A program made the translations under genes and the position numbers. Below, piece by piece: positions 12,101-24,100 of a DNA stretch of 64,000 nucleotides. Under the pieces are notes generated by a model, which saw only the letters and a list, made by a program, of their open reading frames with translations, had not been told where the DNA came from and searched no databases. Every line of letters begins with the position of its first letter. Position 1 is the first letter of the stretch. The DNA is taken from the NCBI GenBank assembly GCA_013239625.1, contig MU053334.1, forward strand, positions 62,001 to 126,000. Reading direction: 5' to 3'. Origin of the DNA: Lama guanicoe (taxonomy: Eukaryota).

Positions 12101-15100
12101 GTGCTCCCTTGGGGACCTGGCTGCAGAAGTCCTGAGCGACCTAGGGTCAGCCTGCCCTGGCAGAGTCGGCCCTGGTGCTCATGTGCCAAGGTGTCATCTG
12201 TTGACACGGGGACCTGAGTCCTGCAACCAATAAAACGTGAGGGGGACTCCCCAGCCAGCCGCCAGCACAGCTGTGTCCACCAGCCGCTGGCCTCTCTCTC
12301 CAGGCATTTCTCTGCCCCCTTGCTTCTCGGTCCTGGTCTGTGGTGGTGGAGCCACAGCCTTGGTTAGTTCAGGCTTAGACGTCTTGGGTTTTTGTTTTTG
12401 GTTTTGTTTGTTTGTTTGTTTGTTTTTTTGGCAAGTAAAGTGTTCCTTTAAATTGAGCAATAGGACAGGGTGTTTGCTGTTAATCTTCTAGTCAATATCG
12501 TATTGGAATAATCGGAGAAGATAAAGGCTTAAACATTTGATTGGAAAAGGTGTTATTTGCACGTAATGATTTTAGCAGCGTAGGTGTTTTCTGAATGAAC
12601 TGTTGGAATGGTAAGTTTAGCGAGATTGCTGGATGCGAGTTTAACGAACATTAAAAATTACAGTGCACTTAGAAATAAGACGTAAAAAGATACACAAGAC
12701 GTTTAAAGAGCTTTTCTTAAATGCCTGAGACCGAATGAAGAAACACCACTTTCTGGAGGGAGTCTTATTCCGGAGATAGCAGTGGCCAGGCAAGTCCAGC
12801 AAAACCCTCACTGGGATGTTCGGGGCACTTGGTGGCTTGTGAGGGTCACACCAAGCTAATTGGGAACAAGGGAACAAGGGAGAGGCCCCTTACTGGATGG
12901 TCAAAGTTTCATACGATAGTGAATGCGCTGGAGTCGGTCTCAGAATGGGAGCTAGACCCTAGGCATGTGGCGGAGAGCCTGATGGGGATGGGCGTGCACA
13001 GCGGATGGCGGGGACAGGCTGCTCTCTGAGTGTGTGAGCCAGGTCAGGGGGCCCAGCCCACGCCCCACACAGTCCCTGTGGACTCAAGGTGGGACGTCAG
13101 CTGCACTCTTGAGACCTTCAGAAGGAAAGGCAGGTGGCCCTGTCGGAGGATGGGCAGCAGCTGTCACGGTGCATGCACCAAGAAAAGACTTGAGTGGAGA
13201 GCGCCCGACCCTGCCTCCTTGGCACCACCACGAGTGGCCTTTCCTGGCCGCTGGGAGGCTCAGAAGAAAGGCGAGTGCCCGTGTGTGGGGGTGGGAGCCC
13301 CGACTTCTCCAAGGGTGGGGATGTGCTATGTCCAGCCCTGAGGCTGTTGTGCTGTTCCCCTGTGAGCTGGCGGAGTGAGCCTGGAGGACAGGCCCGCGTG
13401 CACACAGCATTCCTTGTGCCTCCCAGACCAGAATGCGTGCACAGGTTCCCCGGGACCTGCCTGGCTGCCAGGAGCAGGTGCAGCCCAGCCCTGCCTAGGC
13501 CTTCAGTAAATACTGATTTGTAGTATGAAAGGAATTTTTGACTTTTAAGTGAATTCTTTGTTTTGAGACAATATTAATAATGGAAGTGATTCTGTAAGAT
13601 TCTGATACGATTTTTATTTCTTACAGAATGCCAACTCCTGTCCAGTTGATCGAACTACATTTAGAAGTATTTGTATTCGAGCTCAGTTTGGCGGTAAAAT
13701 TTTGAAGAAGGTGAGTGTAGGTGCTGCAGTGGCACCAGGCACCCCCCACCCCTACCCCCGAGTACCACCCTGGCCCTGTCTCGTGAGAAAACATGCTTGC
13801 AGACAGCGATTGGCTTTCCTGAAGCTAGTGAGCACTGGCTTTTTAGAAACCCACTGAGATGCCATTTGCAGCTTCCTCTCCACTCCTGCTCACCTTACTG
13901 CGCTCAGAGCTGCTTCCCTCTTGAGCCGCAGCAGGAGGTGTTGTCAGGGTGGGGCTGGGCCTGGGAGAGGAGACCAGCTCCCCAGGGCCAGATTTCTGAG
14001 GGTTCGCGGCAGAAATAGGAAGGCCGGGGAGGAGAAGGAAGGGGCCTGGTTCTTAATGAGAGAAGAGGCCTGCATACATCTGCTCTCGGTGAGGAGTGTG
14101 CTGGACACTCTCAGAGATGCACCTCACATCTCGCTGCGTCTTGTAGCCATAGTGGCTTTGGGCCCTGGCTCCTGGTGTGCAGACCTCTCCTGAGACTGGT
14201 GTCCTCCTAGCCATGCTCCAGGTCTATGCTGGTGACAGCAGCTTTGGTCTTGCTGACTTGGGCCTCCGGCTGCCTGTCCCAGCTGCCTCTGCTCTCCTGC
14301 CCGGAGGCCTCTGTGGTGTGCGGCCGCGTCCAATAGGCAGGCCGTGTCTACTCAGGCACCCGCTGGTGAAGCGTGTGACCCTGAACGCTTCTCCTCCACC
14401 AAGAGGCCACTCACACACAAGCTCCTCCAGCTGGAGAGCTGCGTGGTTCCGAGTCCAGCAGAGTCCAGGAGGCCAAGGAGGTCCCGAGTGTCCGCCTGGC
14501 GATAGGACAGAGGCAGAGAGTGTCACCTGCCATGAGCTTAGCGGAGGAAGTGCGGAGTGGAGGCCGTGGGCCTCAAGTGGGCTTGGGGGTGGCCCAGGCT
14601 CGGGGGGGCACATGGTGGCAAGCGTAATGGAGCTGGTTCAGGTCCCCAACACCCCTGCGAGGTGGGCTCTTTGCTTGGCGTGACAGTCACAGCTGTAGCA
14701 CCTTCAGCGTCGTTCTTAAGGAGCTGCATGTTTGTGTCTCGGCCAGGTTATGTGACAGTTGCTGTCTTAACGCTGCTCCCTGTCCCCCGCCCGCCTGGTC
14801 TGTCTGGCGCTGCCAGTGCTCGGTGTCAACGCTGGGACCCTTCTATGGGTTGTGCTTTGTTTTCTGTTGGATCCCTTTTTTTCTCAGGGCTGAGCTCCTG
14901 CGACAGTTAGAAAACGCAGTGATCACTATGTGTGTGTCGGTCCACACCTCTGGGCCCAGAGCCCATGCAGCTCTTGACCTGCTCTGGGTCAGCTGTAAGT
15001 GGTGATCTGAGCGACTCTGGGACTTGGGTCCCATGGCCCTGTGGTCAGCAGTGTGGTTCTGGTTCAGATTCCAGTGGAGAATGCCGGAGCTGGGGAGAAC

Positions 15101-18100
15101 GAGGAGGAAGACCCGACCTTCTGTGAGGTGTGCGGACGGAGTGACCGGGAGGACCGCCTGCTCCTGTGTGACGGCTGTGACGCCGGGTAAGCCTGCGGCC
15201 CATGTCCCGTCAGCTCGCGAGTTCCTGAGCCAGCCTCCGAGGCCCCATCCTTAAAGCAGCCTGCTCCAGGGTGTCCCGGGGCTGCACCACTGTGCTCAGT
15301 GACACGAAGTCCCCCAGAGGGGACAGCGGGGCCCTGGCACCCAGTGGTGTGCCCGTCTGTCCTCCGCACAGTGGCCCCCGTATGCTGCTTTGATTACTGC
15401 CACCTGTTCCCTCCCCGTCCCCAGATGATACCCTGAGATCACCTACAAAGATGCAAATAATACCTCAAGTAAGAAAGAAAAGGGGGCACATGAGAAGGGG
15501 CTGTGTGGGCGGGACCATGGGGGAACCACCCTTTCTTCGAGACCAGGGCACCAGGTGAACCTTCCAGCCAGTGACACCCATGCTTCCTGGGCCCTGGCGG
15601 CTGAGAAACTTTCACTCTCATCTCTTGACACTGGTCGCGGTCCCTGCTTCTAGTCAGACCCTCTCCTTGCCCTGGAGGTGGGGCACCTGTGGAGTGCTTG
15701 CATGTCCCAGTGTGACTGGTCAGCCCCACCAGGGCCCCCCAACCTCCCCGCTCCCCCCCACCTCTCTGAACCTCCCCTCACCTCCCAGCACCTCCCCACA
15801 ACCCTGTACTACCTTGCACCCGCACGTTCAGTCTCTGGCTCACATTCGTCTTACTGTGGCAGCAGGCCAACCTCCCCAGGGTCTTGGCAGCATCTCCCAC
15901 CTTCCTCCCCAGCTCCACCCCTGGGCTCACACCCCTGGTCTTCCTCCTTCCTCCGGAGTCTCAGATGGTACCCACCCTTTGTGACAATTTCCTGAATGCT
16001 TGACCTCAGTGATCTTGCCTCTCGCGACTCCCAGAAGGTGGCCGTGTCTGAGTGGTGGTCCACAGCACGTTGTCACCCTAGGTCTGGACGGCAGAAATGG
16101 TGCCTTGGGTGTCCCGCAGGCTGTGCAGGCGCTGCACTGCTCTGGCACCTCACTCCGCACCCGGGTGGGGACACAGGGCTCCTGCATGGCTGCACCCCAA
16201 GCTCTGCTCCCACACGAATGCACCTTTTTTCCTGGAGCTGCGACAGCTCGGGGCCTGTGAAGGAAGGGCTGAGAATAGCTGGACGCTGCCCGAGAGGCCA
16301 CACATGGTGAGAAAGTGAGACCAGGCCCTGGCTGCCGCACCCTTCACCTGGCTGGCCCCCGCCACCGACCTGCCTGCTCTGCCTGGCTTACCCATGCTGG
16401 ACAATGAGCCCAGTGCCTGGTGGCCACGTGGACGAGGCTGATGGAACTTCCGCTCACAAAGCGCTGCTCTCCCCAAGCTTCTGAATGGAGCCCACGGTGG
16501 TTCTTTTTATTTTTTAAGTAGGTTTTATTTTTTTAGAGCAATTTTAGGTTCATAGCAAAATTGAGTGGAACAGAACGTGGTTTTTTTTTTTTAATTGAGG
16601 TCCAGTTGGTTTACAATTCTACTTTCAGGTGTGCAACACAGGGATTCAAACTTCTTATGGGTCATACTCCACTGAACGTTACAAACTGTCAGCTCCATTT
16701 CCCTCTGCTGCACAGCACACCCGTGTGTCTTTTTTTATACAGAGTACTTTGTACCTCTTTATCCCCCACCCTGGCCCCTCCCCCGCCGAGCTGGTAACCA
16801 CTGGTTTCTTTTCTGTCAGTGAGTCTGTGGGTGTTTTTTTCATACCTTCCGTTTGTTTTATTTTTTTAGATTCTGCATGTAAGTGATAACGTAAAGTATT
16901 TGTTTTTCTTTTCTGACATTTCATTTAGCATAATACCTTCCAGGCCCATCCATGTTTTTGGAAATGGCAGAATTTCATTTTTTTTTATGGCTGAGTAGTA
17001 GTCATCTGTGTGTATGTGTGTGTGTGTGTAAAATCACATCTTTATCCACTTGATCAACTTGTCTGTTGATGGGCACTTTGTGTTGCTTCCATATCTTGGT
17101 AATTGTAAGTCATGCTGCTGTGAACATTTGAGGTACACGTGCCTTTTCAAATTAGTGTTTCAATTTCTTTGGTTAAATACCCAGAAGTGGACTTGCTGGA
17201 TTATGTGGCAGCTCTGTTCTTAATTTTTTGAGAACTCCCCCTGCCATTTTCCACAGCGGCCGCACCAGCTTACATTCCCAGTGCCGGATCCCCTCCCTCG
17301 CTTGTTGGTTGTCTGTTTTATATACATTAACCCCAAACTCCTAACTTATCCCTCCACCCCTTTCTCCTTTGGTAACCATAAGTTTGTTTTCTATGTCTGA
17401 GAGACTATTTCTGTTTTGTAAATGAGTTCATTTGTACCATTTTTTTTAAGATTTCATATATAAGTAATATGTAATATTATTAGTCTTTCAGTGTCTGACT
17501 TACTTCACTTAGTATGATAATCTCTGGGTCCCCTCCATGTTGCTGCAAATGGCATTATTTTATTCTTTTTTGTGGCTGAGTAGTATTCTACTATATAAAT
17601 ATACCACATCTTTTTTATCCAGTCATCAGTCGTGGACATTTAGGTTGCCTCCATGTATTGGCTATTGTAAATAGTGCTGCTGTGAACATTGGGGTGCAGG
17701 TGTCTTTTCAAATTAGAGTTCCCTCCAGGTATATACCTAGGAGTGGGATTGCTGGCTCCTGTGGTAAGTCTATTTCTAGTCTTTTGAGGAATCACCATAC
17801 TGTTCTCCATAGTGGCTACACCAAACTGCACTCCCACCAACCTCGTAGGAGGATTCCCTTTTCTCCACAGGCTCTCCAGCATTTGTCATTTGTGGACTTT
17901 TGAATCATGACCATTCTGACTGGTGTGAGGTGATACCTTATTGCAGTTTTGGTTTGCATTTCTCTTATAATTAGTGACATTGAGCATTTTTTCATGTGCC
18001 TGTTGGCCATCTGTATGCCTTCTTTGGAGAAAGATCTGTTTAGGTCTTCTGCCCAGTTTTTGATTGGGTTTTTGTGTTTCGTTTTGTTTTGTTTTTTTGA

Positions 18101-21100
18101 GTTGTATGAGTTGTTTGTGCATTGTGGAAATTAAGCCCTTGTCAGTCTCATCGTTTGCAAATATTTTCTTCCAGTCTGTAGGTTGTCCCTTTGTTTTATT
18201 CATGGTTTCCCTTTGTTGTGCAAAAGCTTTTAAGTTTAATTAGGTCCCATTTGTTCATTTTTTATTTTGTTTTCCTTACTTTAGGCGACGGGTCCAGAAA
18301 GATAACTGCTGCGATTTATGTCAGTGTTTTGGCCACGTTTTTCTCTAGGAGTTTTATAGTACCCGGTCTTACGTTTAGGTCTGTAACCCATTCTGAGTTT
18401 GTTTTCCTACATGGTGTTAGAGAGTGTTCTAGTTTCCTCCTTTTACGTGCAGCTGCCCGGTTTCCCCAGCATCGCTTGTTGAAGAGACTGTCTTTTCTCC
18501 CTTGTGCATTCCTGCTGCCTGTCATAGATTGACCACAAGTGCGCGGGTCTGTTTCTGGGCTCTGTTCTGTTTCATTGACCCATTTGTCTGTTTTTGTGCT
18601 GGTACCGTGCTGGGGCGGGTGTTTGTTTGTTTTGGGGGTTTTGGGGGTCTTTTGGGCTTTTACCATGGCAGAAGACGTTTTTGAGTTCCAGATTTTCTAA
18701 ACGCTTTTAAGAGGCTATTGAAAATGACACACAACAGCTGTATCTCAGACATCAAGGTTCTTAAGCAGGAGCACTGAGGGGATCTGCCTGTGCCATGTAG
18801 GCATCAGCTCGGCACCCAGGTGCCCTTTCGTTTTCCACATGTGCGCACCCAGTTGGTTGTCCAGCTGCTGCTTGGTCAGTACGGTGCGAGCAAGGGCACC
18901 TCTCCCTCGGCCTCCAAAGCCCCTTCCTGCCCCACCTCGTACCGCGACCTCAGCAACACCCCGCCCACGTAGTCCTCCTCTGGGCAGGCCCCTCTGGATT
19001 ACAGGCAGGCCTCATCCTCCGATGGCGCCCCAGGCCAGGGCCCCGGTGGGTCGGCCTAATCATATCTGGATGTTACGGTGTCGACGGAGTTGACTGTGGA
19101 GGTGCTCGGGTTAACTTGGTGAGTGGCTGGTTAGATGTGTAAAGCGGTAGAGTGCTGGGTTGGTTTGCTGCAGTTGGCTGGCTGTCCGGTCAGCTGCCTG
19201 CTTGCCCGGCCTGCCTTTTCCTGTCTTTCTCCACAGCTGCTGCCACCGCCTCCCACTCGGTGTCCGGAACAAAGAATCAGTACCATGCTGTTTTGATGAC
19301 TGTAGCTTTGTGGTGTAATCTGAAGTCAGGGAGCGTGATTTGCCAACTCCATTCTTTTTCAAGACCGGTTGATCTGAGCCTACAGTTCTTGATTACATCA
19401 ATCCTTTACATCAAGATCCATTTGAATTCTAGTAACTTATAACAGTGACCCTTGGGGGTTTTACAACCTCGTTAAAATTCCTTTACTGTAAAGTACATTT
19501 ATAAATTTAATATGGTATCTTTTCTTTTTGTGTGCTTGAATTCAGTGGAGAAAAGAACTCAAGTACACAAACTCCTGCTGGATCCGGAATGTTAAAACTT
19601 GATAAATGCAGTGATCCGTATGCTTTTAGACATCCTCACTGGTACATTCGCAGTTTGCTGAATTTTCATATAGTTGTCTTTCAGTTAAGATCACAAGTCT
19701 AAGATCACTCACATAAATGAGTGAATTTCAAAGCACTCTTGTGGTGCCTGAATACGCTAGATTGTTTCACCGTCACGTGAAACATAGAGTATTTGTGATT
19801 TACGTAAAGGTAGTTATTCCTGAGCGAGGCACCTGGGACCTCCCTTGCCACCCGGCTGTGCCGTCCCTGTTGGAAGTGGTCATCTCGGTGCTTGTGTAAG
19901 CATGGGGTCCGCCCTGGTGGCGGTCGTGCGGCTCTCCCTTGTCCCATGGCCTCAACCACAGCCAGCCTCCTCTCTGGAGTGACTTGCGGCTGCAGTGGCT
20001 AGGCAGTCACCTGTCACACCCGCAGGCCTCTGCTCAAGGCCCTGAAACTTGGTGGCGAGAACAGGGCGGAACCATATTGGATCCTTGGAATGCTCTGTAA
20101 GAACCTACCACTCAGTTCTTGGTTTCCTTCCCGAGACCATGTGGGGCGGGGGAACCTTCTCAGGCTGGAATCTACTGGGGCTTCGGGGCCCCACAGTACT
20201 CTGTGCCCCAGGGAGGGTGGCCTCCCCACCCGTCCCCCGGGTCTCGTGTGAGTTCCCAGCGTCTGGTTGTGGTGGGCTTCTTGCTGTCAGCCGGTGGCTT
20301 CCTGGACCCTCACATGCTTCATTGCTGTGAGTGGCACACAGTCTCGAAGTGGAGTTGGACCTGGGCTCGGGTGTGCGGCACTGGTCAACGTTGGTTCCAT
20401 CTGGCTCGGCACTGTCTGGGGCCTCAGGGTGAGGTTCGGAGAATTCTGGCTCAGGCAGCCCAGCCCAGCGTGCCTTCCCAAACTGCTACCCTTGAGGACA
20501 AGTTAGAAGCAGCTGAAGGGCAGGCGTGGTGGGGCAGCCTTTCCATGCTTGCAGCCAACAAAATGCCCTCCGGCAGCTCCTCAGGCTGGACTGTGGGGCA
20601 CCAACGCCTGAAACTTGGCAGGGGGCTGGACGGACCAGCTGACAACCTTCGGCCTCAGAGGCCAGCCTCCCCGGGATGTCGGCCCTACCCCTGCGCCCGT
20701 CTTCTGCAGACCCCACGCCCAACGAGCCGCTCGGGTCCAGCTGTCCTTCCTCAGCTCCATCCCTCCAGATAGTATGTCTCCCATGGAGGGGTTGGGGGCC
20801 GTTAGGGCCCCTTTGGAGGGCGGAGAGGCCCAGAGGTCTGCAGTGGGCCTGTCCTCCCAGAACGCTGGCGGGCAGGGCTGCGGGCAGGTTAGAAGAGCAG
20901 TGTCTCGAGCTCCAAGTGCCTGGACCTCTTAGCCGGCCGGCTCCCCTGTGTCCTCTCGAGTCAGCCCAGGCAGGCCCTTCCCAGCTGCAGATGTGGTGCC
21001 TTCTCCTTGTGCCTCCCTCTTCCAAGGACATGGGTCAGGGACCCCTGCCACAACCTCACTGAACCTTAATCGCCCCTCAAAGGTCCCATCTCCAGGTGCT

Positions 21101-24100
21101 GTCACATGGGGGTAGGGCTCCAACACGTGGGTTTGGGGGACACAGTCCACTGCAGGGTGCGCTGTGGTCCTGGGGCTGGTTGGGACAGTGAGGCTGGGGA
21201 CACTCTTGTTCCCCTAGGTACCACATGGAATGTCTGGACCCCCCTCTCCAGGAGGTGCCAGTGAACGAGTGGTTCTGTCCAGAATGTGCTGTCCTCGGAG
21301 CTGCCCCTGCCGCTGGTAATGCTCTGGCCCTGCCCGCGGGGGCGGCGCCCATCCATGGGGAGAGCGTATGGGGCTTGACAGCAGGGCGGCTCCCTGCTGC
21401 ACTCCTGGCCGGGCCAGGGGGCACAGCTGCTTGAGGCTGGACTGGGGTTGGTTGACTGGGGCTTCAGGGTCTGGAGGCCCCGGGCTCCAGGGAGGTGCCC
21501 CTGCATCCTGGTACTCAGCGCTTGGCGGAGTGCACGTCAGCCTGGGTGTCTCCTTCCAAGATGTGGATCCTGTGAGCGAGGAGGAGGTATCCCTGCTCTT
21601 GGCCGACGTGGTGCCCACTACCAGCCGGCTTCGGCCCCAGGCAGGGAGGACCCGAGCCATCGCCAGGACGCGGCAGAGTGAGAGAGTCCGAGCCACCGTG
21701 AACCGGAACCGGATCTCCACGGCCCGGGGGGTCCAGGTGGGTGCTCACACTCTCAGCGGCGGGACACTGTCGGCAGTGTGGGGTCTGTGTCTGTAGGCCC
21801 TGCGTCTGGCCCACATGCAGAGAACAAAGCCCCGCAGGCCTCAGGCAGCAGGAGCGGAGAGCTTGCCCCAAGGGTACCGGGCTGGGCCAGTGGCTGGGGG
21901 CCCAGTCCACAGGTGCGCCGTGAAAGCTGCCCGGGAGGCTTGGGCCCCAGGACCCGGTCACAGACGCCACACCCATCACACGGGTTCTCAGGGCAGACGC
22001 CTGCAGTCCTCCTGACTTCCTGTCCCCGAGACCCAGCCACACCCCTCGTCCCTGCCGCCCCCGCTGGCTCTGCGCCTCCACTGCCAGCTCCTTGAGGTGC
22101 ACCCGGCCCTCTCTGTCGCCCATTCTTGCCTGACCTGCACCTTGAGAAGCCTCCCAAGACCCCACTTCCCTCCGGGCCCCTGGAAGCCCCCAGCAATCTG
22201 TCTGTTTTCTGCTGCCGCCGGCTAAGGGTATCCAGCTTCTGGGGCAACCAGGGGCTCCCTCAATGACCAGCACCTCCCTCTGCCGTATAGCACGTCCCAA
22301 GGTACCTCATGTCTTCCCTGCTGGATGAGACCATCGAAGCCGTGGCCGCTGGCCTGAGCACTGCTGTGTACCAGCGCCCCACAACGCCACGAGCCCCTGC
22401 CCGCCGGAGGAGGAAAGCAGGTACACGGGGTGGGGGCTTGGCTGCGGGCAGCTCCCCGGAGGCCAGCATGGTCACTTCTGTCTCTGCACCTGGTTTTCCA
22501 GGGTAGCCAGACCTCCACAGGGCAGCCCTTCCAGCCGCGGGGCCCGCGGCTGGTTCCTCCTCTGAACACCCCGTGGGCAGTGCTGTTTGTTCAGCCACAG
22601 CCTCTGCACGTGCGTCGAGTCACAGCCTCGCGTAGCTGGACAGGAGGGTCCCAGAGGGCTTGGTGGGGAAGTGGCGCTGTCACTTCTCTGAGTCTGGTGG
22701 CTCACAGTGAAGCCCTGTGCCTGGGCTTTCCAGGGTGGGAACAGCTGGAATGGTCAGTTCAGTGTCCTGTGTTGTTTTGGTGCCGTTGGAGTTTCTAGTT
22801 CTCTCTGTGTTAGTTTTGGTCCCGGTAGGTTTTGTCTTTCTCTAGTAGTGTGGTCCCTCCCGGGGAGAGACTTTTAGCCCTCGTAACCCTGCTGATGACC
22901 TCTAGCTCTGCTCCGCCGTTGTTGGTTGGTTGGCGTTCAGCTCCAGAGAAGAGCTTTCCTCTCCCCTTGGATTGTCTGTTTAAGGCGGCAGACTTAGTGG
23001 ATCCCTGTTTCAGTCCGTGGGTTACACTCTGGGCTTTTCTGAAAACTGACTTGTTGAGATGGCACTGGTGCCCGCGGCCCTCCTGGTGGCTTGCTGTCCC
23101 TGTAGCGTCAGGAGCTAGTTTTTGTCTGTCTTCGAACTTGGCTCTTACGAGGTTCTGCGTGTGTGCTCTCGTTTGTGTCTCAGCAGTGACTTTGGCGTCT
23201 GTGCTTGATTTCAGTGTATCGCTGAGGAAGATGCCTGTTGCAGGAACACACCTCGGTGTATCCGTTTACCCATGAGAGGGGTTTGGGTTCCTCTGTGTAG
23301 AGGTGCTGCGAACGGTCTTGTGGCTGCTCTTCCCTGCAGGCGGACGTTTCGTTTCTCGTGGCCGCAGAGCAGCAAGGACTGGCTGCACCATCAGTAGACG
23401 TGTGTCTGAGGTCTACTAGACAGACCACGTCATGCCCCGGTAGCACAATGAGAGTTGTGGGGCCTCGTCCTTGCCACGCTGGGGTGTGCGGGGTGCCTCA
23501 TGAAAGTCTCCAGGAGTGTGCGGACCTGTCTTCCTGTGCCTCGTGTGTCCTGTGGACTCAGGCCCTTCCAGTGGGCCCTTGTCCTCTCAGTGGGGGCTGG
23601 AATTCAGAGGCTAGACCTGAGGTCTGTTGAAGGTTGGTCCGTGTTTCTGGCCCTTTCAGTGCACAGAGCTGGAAACTGCATCCTAAGATCATACTGATGC
23701 TCGACTTGAAATTCAGGATGGTAGAGGTTGTCTCCTCATGTCTTAGGCCTGAGTCTCCTTTTTTCAGGTCAAGAAGCATGCTTCTCAGTCCAGACAGCAC
23801 CTAGGCTGTGCAGAGAGCCATCTCAGAATAAGAGTCTGAAGGCGCTGCGGCTCCTGGGGGAGACAGGGTCGGCTCTCCCTTTGTCCGAGCGGCTCGCGGT
23901 GGACACTCCTGGGTCTGGTTATTGTGTGTCCTCTGCTGTGGATTTCTTAAGCTGCTTACAGCTGTGTGTCAGGCCTGTGACGCACAGGGAGAAAGGAGCA
24001 GTGCCCATGTAGCCGTCTCGTCGCTGGCCCGGTGACTCCCGGCCAGCGTTGGCTCGTCCATCTGCCTCCGCCACCTCCTGTGTTATTAGGAAGCCGATCC

